DNA of 64,000 bases. Source: Octopus vulgaris (lineage: Eukaryota). A model generated the notes under the pieces. The model had not been told where the DNA came from and did not search any database. It saw only the letters and a program-made list of their open reading frames with translations. Positions within the stretch are counted from its first letter, which is position 1. Each line of letters opens with the position of its first letter. The DNA lies in assembly GCA_951406725.2 (NCBI GenBank), contig OX597830.1:50778001-50842000 (forward strand), in the 5' to 3' direction. Below, one piece after another: positions 53,740 to 64,000 of this stretch. The position numbers and the translations under genes are program-made.

Positions 53740-56700
53740 TTTTTTTCTTCTTGCAAATTTTCTTCCATTTCTTGCCGAGTGTCTTCCCGACTCCTAGGGC
53801 AAAGAAACTCATAGTGTATATTGGTATGCCATTAAACCAAACTCAGTAGTTCGTTCTTTTTTTTTTTTTTTTTTTTAAAGTTAAATTAAAATACATGAGC
53901 AGCAACAGTTCTCACATCGACAATGCTCTTCTCAATACGTGTGATGTACCAGTTAAGACAATCTTTTGCACTTCTTGCAGGGATGGTAAGCCAGGGATCA
54001 TTCTCATATAATTTTCGGTTCCCTTCTTGATCATTCCTAGTGCTCCTACGATCACTGGTATTGTAACCGCCTTGAGATGCCACATTTTCTCAATTTCAAT
54101 GAGTAGGTCTTTATATTTTCTGAGCTTGTCAAACTCTTTCGCTGAGATATTATGATCACAGGGGATGCTCATGTCGATCAATAAGCAAACTTTATTGTTT
54201 TGGTCTTTCACAACAATATCTGGTTTATTGGCCTTGATGGTTCGGTCTGTATGTACTGGAAAGTCCCACAGAATGGTTACATTTTCTCCTTCAGTTACAG
54301 CCTCAGGGTGGTGATTATACCACTTGTCGGCAGTTTTGATATTGTAATGCCGACTTATTAGCCAGTGGAGATATTGGCCAACTCTGTCATGTCTTAATTT
54401 ATACTCCACTGGTGCTAAGACTTTACATCCAGAGATTAGGTGGTCCACTGTTTCAATCATGTCGTTGCAGAATCGGCATTTTGGGTCTGCTCCATTTTTC
54501 ATCACATTGGCCTGGTAGTTCCGGGTTAATAGGCTTTGGTCTTGAGCAGCCAGGATGAAACCTTCGCTCTCTGCTTTTAGCCCTGAGCTCCGTAGCCACT
54601 GATGGGTTTGCTTCTGGTCAACATCAGCTTGTTTGCTGCGGGTCACATATTTGCCGTGTAGAGGTTTCTCCTCCCACCTATCAGCCAATTGCTCGTGCGC
54701 TTTTTTCATTGCCATCATTTTCACCTTCTTTGCAACAATAGTTGCCGTACTTCCCTCGGGTTGTTCAGTTTGGGTATCCTGCACGAGATCAATAGCAAAT
54801 TTTTTGCTTTCCTTGATGATAGAATGAAGCTTCTTTCGTCTCTCGTGATTTTCCACGAGCTTTAGCATCCAGTCATTCGATATTTCGAGATATTTGGCCA
54901 GTCCAATTGTGGTTGTTTTGTAAGCTAGTTCAAATTGGATCAGGCCTCGACCTCCTTGGGCTCTGGGAAGGTAAAGGCGATCTACGTCTGCCTTTGGGTG
55001 GTGCATCCTATTACAACTCAGCAGCTTGCGTATTTTTCTATCTATATTCTTTACTTCACTCATATTCCAGTTCAACACATTGTAGCTATAAGTAACAACT
55101 GGAACTGCTAAGGAATTTATAGCTAACACCTTGTTACGTGCATTTAGTTCAGATTTCAGGACTGCACGAACTCTCCTATAACATTCCTTCCTGATTTTCT
55201 CTTTCATGCTTGCATGCTGAATACCAGAGCCTTCATTTATCCCTAAATATTTGTATGTTTGTTCTTGCTCAAGCTCTCTTATGACTGTGTCAACATCTAA
55301 CACGACTGAATTTGTGGTCTTCACTTTCCCTTTCTGGAAAGTGGCCTTGGCACACTTCTCAAGTCCAAACTCCATCCAGATGTCATCGCTGAATGCTTTC
55401 ACGGTGCGCAATAGGCCTTCAAGTTCATTATTGTCTTTACCATAAAGTTTTAAGTCATCCATATAAAATAGATGGCTTATTTTTTTATTGGCAATTTTAT
55501 ACCCATACCCTGTTCTGTTTAATTCACTTGTAAGGGGTATTAGGGCTATGCAGAATATTAAAGGTGAAAGTGAGTCACCTTGAAAAATTCCACAGTTGAT
55601 GTTTATATTTTCTGAGGCAAGTACTCCATTAGAGTGCTATAATTGGAGATTCGTATTCCACAACGACATATTGTGCTTCAGGAAGTTTGAAATCACAGGG
55701 GAAATGTTGAAGATGTCCAGCGATCTCAAGATCCATGGATGCGGTATACTGTCGAAGGCCTTTTTATAGTCAATCCATGCGGTGCTGAGATTTCTGCGCT
55801 TGTTGTGACAGTTCTCAAGGATCATACGATTGATTAGCAGTTGATCTTTGCATCCGTATGAGCCTCGGCGGCACCCTTTTTGTTCAATGGGGAAAATATC
55901 GTTCTTCTCCATGAATGCATATGTTTTCTCCGCCAGGATAGATGTTAGGATTTTATACGTGGTGGATAGACAGGTTATAGGCCGATAGTTTTTTGGAAGG
56001 TTGGTTTCGTTATTCTTTGGGAGTAGGTAAGTAATGCCACTTGCTAACCATTCAGGTGTTTTCTTTGGGTCTCTCATAATTCCATTGAGCAGCTGAACTA
56101 GCTTACCGTGTGCGCACGGGAGCGATGCGAGCCAGAAATTCGGCACCCTATCTTTACCGGGGGATTTCCAATTATGGGCCTTCGTGAGTGCCTTTCTTAG
56201 GTCTGCTATTGTGATGTCTTCCCATGCTTGTTGTTGTAAATTTTGGTAGGATCCTTCAGTTTGTATAATCCAGTCTGCATTTATGTTGTACGTCTTCTTG
56301 TCACTCCAAATCCTTTTCCAAAAGTTTTGAACTTCTTCCATGGGAGGGGGGATCTTTAACGGTTACTTTCTCCTTCCCTATTTCTCTGTAGAATTTTTTG
56401 GCATTGGATGTGAACAGCTTATTTTGCTTGTAAAACTTGTTTCTCTTCTCAAATCTTCGTATTCTTTGGGCTTTTGCTTGGACTTTTTGTTTCAGCGTTT
56501 CTTTTATTGATATCAGTTCTTCTCTTGGTGAGGATCCAAATTTTCTCCTCATCTTTCTTCCTGTTCTGGATCTTACATCATTTCCACATATTAGTTCATT
56601 TAATATTGATATTTCCCCTCTCATAAATTCAATCTCTTTTTCAATTTTACTTCTCCAGGTTTGATTTCTTCCCAGGTTTTGTTTTCTTTGTTTTTTCGGG

Positions 56701-57710
56701 GGCATACAGCTGGTTTCAATTGCCCTAGCAGAAGCGTAAATAATTTCATTTAACTCAGTAAAATCAGGTTTTAATTCTCGTATTATTTCATTTGTTACAT
56801 AGTTGCCAATTTGGATTTGTTTTTTATTTTGGTTTGTATTTGAGAGTTTATGAAGCGGTTCTCTATCATTCATACTTGTATGTCTTACAACTTCAAGCGT
56901 ATTCAGGATTTTCTGCCTCATTTCTGCCATAGACTCTCTGTGTTCTTCAGCAAATGCGAGATCTTCAGTTACTGTTGTTTTTTCGTTTTCCTGGCTATCT
57001 TTAACTGGTACAATAGAATTTCTTGTATCTTCAGGCCTTTGCGTACTTTGGTCAGATGGCAGTCTTTCAATTAAGCCTCGTGGCGGGCTATACTGTTCAT
57101 CTGATTCTTCATTTCCTTTGTGTCTTATATTTATGTCATTTTCCGTTGCGTGCTTGATCGCGCTTATTTCACTGTCTGTGAGTCTGTTATTTCTAAAGAT
57201 ATCCCTCCTCACATTTGCTAATTTGTTCTCGTCCAAATAGGGCCTACTGTCTTGATTCCGTGTTCTCCATATACTGTAAGAGTTTGCGGTGTGTCTCTCT
57301 TGAGATGGCCTACCTAATGCATAGTAATAAGCGTATATTACTTCTTTATACTCTTCTCGGGTCCATTTGTTCCGCTTACATTTTTCTTTCTGTGTTGGTT
57401 GTGGTGGTGAACTTGGAGGGCTCGAGTTGGGGGATTTCCCGTTCAAGTGACCATCCATGTCCGTATTCAGAGAAGAGTTTGTGCCAGTTGATGACTTTTC
57501 GATCCCAGGCTGGCTCTTCCCTGGGGGACGCGCTTCCAGATTAACCATAGGACAAGCGATTTGGTATACTGATTTAGTTTTCCTTTTAGTTTCCAAAAAC
57601 ATTTTGGTGCTACGACAATGTTATCATTTTTAGCTTTGATTGGCTCGTGGGGAGACGGCCATCATTGCCGTTACAATTATAATCGTACCATTATAGCAGC
57701 CGTAGTCGGC
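53739..57710 (-). mobile_element. Full-length R4/Dong-clade RLE non-LTR retrotransposon (subfamily B) in (TTA)n
   Basis: ~108 nt 5' UTR, single long reading frame, ~170 nt 3' UTR. TTA-type repeats on both sides. Confidence 0.96.
53912..57602 (-). pseudogene. Single ORF of about 1229 aa: N-terminal domain, reverse transcriptase, CCHC knuckle, PD-(D/E)xK endonuclease; two lesions
   Basis: KSPGKD, NYRPITCLSTTYK, QKGCRRG, WIDYKKAFDS, GIFQGDSLSP, YMDD, YKYLG, CRFC..H...C, RHD, KPD..ID. One extra base in the C-run near 56342-56351 and an in-frame TAG at 55637-55639. Confidence 0.93.
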
Positions 57711-57749
57711 TTATTATTGTTATTATCATCACCATTACCATCACTATCA

Positions 57750-57846
<97 letters not shown>

Positions 57847-57860
57847 CATCATTATTATTA

Positions 57861-60200
57861 AAAACGCACACCAGATCGGAGTGCTGGAAAAAATTCCTAG
57901 CATCCGGCTAAAACAGATAACCTTGGATGCTAATCATCTTCCAAAGTATCATAGCTGCCCCTAATAATGCTGTTTTCTGAAGCTGCACTAAGTTTTATAC
58001 GTGTTTCTTCTATCCAAATGTTCAAATATTTAAGAATAGTTCCTAATGCACCTATAACTATACAGATGCATATATTCTACTCGCACTTTCCACAACCTTT
58101 TTAACTCAATGACTAGGTCCTGGTACTCTGCTGTTTTCTCTATGCCTCTCATATTGACTTTCTCATCATTTGGGATTGTAAAGTCAATTACCTGGCACTC
58201 TTTATTCCCTTGGTCTACTACTACTAAGTTAGGCCTTCTAGCTTCTATTAGTCTGTCAGTTTGAATGTTGAAATCCCACATTTTATACTTCTCTCAGACA
58301 CTTTACTAGGTCCATGTTCATACGACTTATCAGAGCAGTCAAATCCTAGTTTTCTATATAAGTTCCAGTGGATCATTTTCCCTATGCTGCTATATCTTTC
58401 TTGTATTCCTTCTGTGACAGCATACTACATACACTAACTATTCAAAATAACACTTTCCTCTTTCGATTTACATAACCTACATTAAGAATCTAACTGATTT
58501 TTGTCTATCTGGAATTTTATCCAATTAGTCCTCAATGTTTGATTTTGTGCTTCTACTACGAAACACTCGGTTTCCCGTTTTAACTTTCTTTTATGAAAAT
58601 ACAACCATGATTCATTATTTCTATTTTCTGCAAAAATCCTTCGAAATATGCCATGCAAAGCTTTCTCTTGCAAGTCAGATAACCTTGTTTCTTTTTTCTG
58701 ATTTTTAAACATATATGACTTTTTGTTTTCTCCATTTCTTACTTTCAATCTAGCAGCTCTTAATAAAATTTCCGCCACTGCCACCAACATTGGAGGTTAT
58801 GTCTACTCTGGATAACTTAACACAGTCTTCTACTGATATTAAACCTTTTCCACCTTCACTTCTAAGTAAATATAATCTTGCTACTTCTGCTTTAACAAAA
58901 AAGTCTTCTATTTATATTGAATTATTTCTTAGTTATTCTGACTAGATTTGCTAATCCAGATTTTGTCTAATTTACAAAAGCTGCTGAGTATCTAAGTAAC
59001 GGTACTGCCCAAGTATTTACAGACTTCACTAGATTCAGACCATTTAGTTTTGACTTCATTTACTTCTTCATCCATGTGATATTCTCATCTCTCTCTTTCA
59101 TATCTGTACTTAGTACTCTGTCAAATTCTAATACCCATAAGTTTTTCTCTCTCTCAATGATTTTAAAGTATGGCCATCTGATAACTAAATCTCTTTATTG
59201 CTGACTACCTGTCCTTTTCTATGACTAATATTTCTGTGACCAATATATATTTGCTGAAGAGTCTTACTCTTTGTATTAAAGAATCATTCTCATTTTTATT
59301 CTTACAAAAGAGCTTCATGTCACTCATACACAGCAAATGGTTAATTTTTTCGTTACTTTCTCTAAACTGCCATTGACTTCCTTAATACTAAACTGTGGGG
59401 GATTAAACATAACACGAAATATAAAAAGGCATAACGAGTCTCCCTGGAAATTTTCTTTTATAATATTAGCTTTTCCTAAGGTTATATTACATGAGTAAAG
59501 ATCTACTTTACATTTCTTCATGCTATAAGCTAATTAAATCTCTTTTCGTGTCTCCAAAGCTGAATATACTCAAACATTCGTTTATCTACGAGTGTGAAAT
59601 CCTCTCATAGGCTTTCGCATAATCCATCCATGTCATTGTTAATTTTTTCTTTCTAGATTTCACTGCTTCGTTCCTTCAGCCTTCTTCCAACAACCTCCAA
59701 TTCTGCATTCTTTCTAACACTTTACTCATTAATACACTAGTTAGTGTCAGCTCTGGCTACTTCCAACTAAAAACGTCTTCTCTCATTTTTCTTTAACCAT
59801 GCTGCATTCTCATTATGATTAACTGCCTTATCTCAAATATCGTTCCAGAACTTTCTAGCTTCTTTTGCATTAGGCTTCTCATCTTCAGTACTTTCTTCTC
59901 TTTATTTGGCGATAAAATCTCTTCGGGTGTCTCTCAAATAATCTATTCTGTTGATACTGATCGATTCTTTTCTCATATTTGGAAAGCTTACCTGTTATTG
60001 TTACGATACTGTCATGACTGTCCCAAATCCTAATTTTTCTCAAGAGAAGATTTAAATCCTAACTTGTGCTGTTTCCAAGCTTCTATTCTATTCAAACTTA
60101 GTTTCAAATTCTTTACTGTATTTTCTAATCTCCATTTCCACATCTGTTCCTATTTCTTTGAGAAATAGCTAGTCTGCTAGTAACTACTACTCCTCTGGCA
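57861..60200 (-). pseudogene. Old degenerate R4/Dong-clade LINE, distinct subfamily
   Basis: WDFNIQTDRLIEARRPNLVVVD...IDFTIPND, LKRETECFVVEAQNQTLRTN, FQGDSL, WMDYAKAYE. Confidence 0.85.
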
Positions 60201-60490
60201 TAAAATGCCGTGGGTTGCAGTCGCAAATAATTATCATGAAAACCGAAATTCACGTATATCGTGGAAGTTATGGGTATAAAGTGGGACTAATGTCTGTGGC
60301 GGTGAAGAGGGAATTTTTTCTCTTGCTTATTTTCTTCGTAACCTCTGTGAATCCGTCATCTGAAGATGCTTCATCGTCAGCCAGTTCCTTGCTTGGGTTT
60401 GGTTCCTCTGTTTTCTTTTCAGTCTTTCTTGCAATTTTATCATAGTTTTGCTGATGATATCTGATTGATTCTACTCCCCTCTCTCCCTGA

Positions 60491-60547
<57 letters not shown>

Positions 60548-60564
60548 CCTATCTATCTATCTAC

Positions 60565-60604
<40 letters not shown>

Positions 60605-60756
60605 ATGTAGTTGAGGTTATAAGAGATGATGGAGTCATTGAGACCCAAAGGTGTCAGGTAATGCTGAATAAGTGCTATAGACAGACCATAATTATGTTCC
60701 AGATTCGGTAATATTGCGAATAAAGGGATCAACGTTGGTTCTATGTCAGCGTGTGC

Positions 60757-60887
60757 ATATAAGAATTTTTTGCGTAATAAGATAAAGCCCAAGATTGTAT
60801 AGATATTAGAACATTTAAACCCTTCTATCTACAAAAGCTCTAATAGCTATAGAATCTTGGTTTTTTATCTTATTAAGCAAAAAAATT

Positions 60888-60894
<7 letters not shown>
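60757..60894. repeat. Fold-back inverted repeat abutting (TA)n
   Basis: ~54 bp imperfect arms 60757-60810 / 60839-60894. Confidence 0.88.
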
Positions 60895-60966
<72 letters not shown>

Positions 60967-61499
60967 CTCGACGTAGCTCTGTTAATTAATCGTTAATTGA
61001 TGAAGTTAACATTTTCGCTAGCGATTTAACATTTAATTTATCTTTGAAGACCATTATCGGACTAATTAACTTCCATTACATTTAACCTCCGTTATCTCAA
61101 GTCCATTAACCAAAAAATTCTATACAAACCGGTAAACGTTTAAGAGTTTCAAATGTTTTCAGATTGCCTTAGCATATTGTAAGCGTCATTCTTTCACCCC
61201 CTATATAACGCCACTATAAATAACTTGTGGGACCTCGTTTGGCCCTGCTTGGATTTCAAACCAAATCCATCCGCTTATTGCTTGCAAATAGAGCGGGAAA
61301 TGTCTTTGTCCTGTCAAGAGGGAACATCATTCCATAAAATTTGTTGAAGTGGAGAAAAATATTGAAAAATATCAATAGATGTGTGAGAAGGAATTGAGGA
61401 GGGAGGTTTGGGGATGTGCTAGGAACAGCAGCCAGATCTCCCTTAAATCACCCATTTTCCTCTGAAATTATTAACATTTTCTTTAAAGCCAAAATGTTA

Positions 61500-62134
61500 C
61501 TCTCGCTGGCTATACCCGATATTGCTCCAATCTGGCCAGTTCCGAGGAAAATATAAGCTAAGAACATTACATTCCTTGGAAGAAAGCAGCGAATGTACAC
61601 GAAAACAAGGACGAAAAATCGGTGAATGTTACAAAAATACAAATAACAGGACATAACAACATGTGTCTTTCGACTAAGAACGAATTAAATTAAGCTGGCG
61701 TGTGTGGAAATAAAGATTTGTGACAGAGATACAAGATTTCACAGGCACAGGGAAGAATATAGCTATTGCACGGACGACGGCCGAACGAAGAAAGAAAGAT
61801 CAGGCTTGGTCGAACACCGGTCATGTGGGGAGAGAAGAGAGAGACGTAGAGGCAGAGGGACAGAAGAATTAAAGAGGGGCGAGAAAAACGTGACAGGGAC
61901 ACAGTGAAGTGAAAAGGGGAGAGAAAGGGAGCAGGAAGAGAAAGCAGGGACATGTGAGACAGGGGGAACGAAAGAACGAAAAGTGGAATGAACGAATAAG
62001 CGTGAAAAGGCCGATAGAAAGAAAGAATAGAGTCATACAAGATTAAGATAAATATACACTTACATATTAGAGACCGAAGAGTACATACGCCGCTATATAT
62101 ATATAATACAAAATAGTACAAGAATGCAAAACAT

Positions 62135-62174
<40 letters not shown>

Positions 62175-62216
62175 ATATATATATATAATACAAAATAGTA
62201 CAAGAATGCAAAACAT

Positions 62217-62220
<4 letters not shown>
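61500..62220. mobile_element. Family P2 repeat (longer copy) with duplicated terminus in (TA)n
   Basis: Aligns with 23085-23308. ATATAATACAAAATAGTACAAGAATGCAAAACATCCATATA occurs twice. Confidence 0.6.
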
Positions 62221-62290
<70 letters not shown>

Positions 62291-62350
62291 ATTCAAATTA
62301 AGAAGAAAAATTAACGTGCACAAGCTTGACGTTCCATTAACAAAAAAAGA

Positions 62351-62385
62351 GTTTGACGTTTCGAGCATAGTTCTTCGTGGGAAAG
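62351..62385 (-). ncRNA. Degenerate relative of the 30257 hammerhead
   Basis: Minus strand TTT-CCCACGA-A-GAAC tat GCTC-GAA-ACGT-C-AAA. G5 is mutated. Confidence 0.55.
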
Positions 62386-64000
62386 GAGAAAGGAAAATGT
62401 CCAAAGAAGGAAAGGAAATCACAGGTTTCAAATCTTAGCTCAAGGACTGGTAGAGGATTACATCAACCCCAATTTTCAATTGGTACGATCCGAAAAAATG
62501 ACAGGCTATGTCGAACCCTGCGAAATTTGAACTCATAACGTAAAAACGGTCTAAATGCCGCTAAGTGTAATGTCCGGCGTGTTAACGATTCTGGCAGCTC
62601 GCCGCTTTAACACGTAAATTTAAATTGAAAACCGTATTGTCTCAAAGAATTCAGTACGCCACGCCATAGCTTAGTCATACCGATTTAAGGAATAGGCTGT
62701 AATGAATTATCTCCCTTAGTTAATTTTATTTCCTTTTAACACATTCTGGGTACAACTGTCGTTTATCACATATTTTTACATCCCTATATACATTGTAAAA
62801 TCCTCTTTAATAACGCATTCTTTCTCACATATATGGCTGCTACTGGGCAATAATGTGATTCTTTGTCTTCATCTTCTTTTTGCCATCATCTTTTCATTTT
62901 CTTTCGCGTTTTCATCTTTTTCATTTTCCTCTTCGTTTTTCTCCTTTTTCTTCTCCTCCCCCTCCATTTCCTCCTTCTTCGTTTTCTTTTTTCTGTATTG
63001 CGCTGCATGCCGTAACCATCATTTTGTTCTCTTGAACTTATTCTACTCCCTGTAAACAAAAACTCGCTCTCTTTATCAATTCTGTCCTCGACGCTCTTTT
63101 ACTCCTACTCCTCCTACTCCTCCTACTCCTCCTCCTCCTCCTCCTCACCATCATCATCATCATCATCCTACTCTTTCTTCTCTTCCTCTTTCTCCTCCTT
63201 TTTCTCTTCATCCTATTTCTCCTCCTTCTTCTCCTCCTCCTCCTACTCCTCCTCCTCCTCATCTTCATTAACATCGACATAACTACCGCACTCTACTTCC
63301 GTACTCACTGGACATTTACACATTCCATCCGCCCATATCCGCTATTCCGTTATTCATTCCAATCCCATCTAACTTCTCCACAACTTCTAGCTAGTTTCTC
63401 TCCATCTCCCACCGGCGCAAGACTCGATGAAATATTTAACTAATTTCAGTAGTAATTACCTGCTCATCCTTGCTCCTCCATTAACAACTATTGTTGTGTC
63501 GGGTTAATCAGCACAGAACAGCTAATCAGATATTCTTAGTTTAAATGTACCATTAATTAGCAGTTCTCTCCAACGTTATGCCGCCATTATCAACAAGCGT
63601 ACAACAGTAACAGCCATCTTTTTCTTTTATTTTGGTATCATTTTCAGGTTATTTTTCCCCCCTCTTTTTACATTTGTATTTATTTACAGATTCATTAGGT
63701 TCAGAAAATAAAATATTCGGTTCAACGATGCAATATATTTATTTGTTCTGCTTCTCGCTGCACCATTATTATACAAAAAAACACGAAACTAATGCGAAGA
63801 TTGTTTTAAAGGCTTGTTAAAGATGTCTTTTTGGTGAGTGGTAACGGTTGCAGTTGTAGTGGTAGTGATGCTGTGGTTGTAATTTTGCGATGGTGGTTGT
63901 AATGGTGGAGGTTGGGAAAATGGTATTTGTGGTGGTGGTGGAGGGGTTTATGATGGTGATAATAGTTAAATGATTCATTGGAAACTGAAGTGAACAAAAG

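Overview
Eukaryotic, AT-rich, microsatellite-dense non-genic (intergenic or intronic) DNA. The SINE families suggest an octopus or other coleoid cephalopod (inference from recalled repeat sequences, not a search). I could not support any host gene; nearly all ORF-track entries are translations of microsatellites. The window holds: (i) about 14 R4/Dong-clade RLE non-LTR retrotransposon insertions from several subfamilies, including one near-intact ~4 kb copy (53739-57710), mostly sitting in (AAT)n with fixed polarity; (ii) a Tx1/L1-like LINE 3' end twice embedded in (TATC)n, sharing its tail with the commonest SINE; (iii) Penelope-like (GIY-YIG) elements and non-coding relatives next to (TA)n, carrying minimal type I hammerhead ribozyme motifs, one with a G3:C8 swapped core; (iv) Tc1/mariner, hAT and Helitron derivatives; (v) four tRNA-derived SINE families. 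The most striking patterns are the partitioning of microsatellite types among three retroelement classes and the diversity of hammerhead motifs. Coordinates of degenerate elements are approximate.
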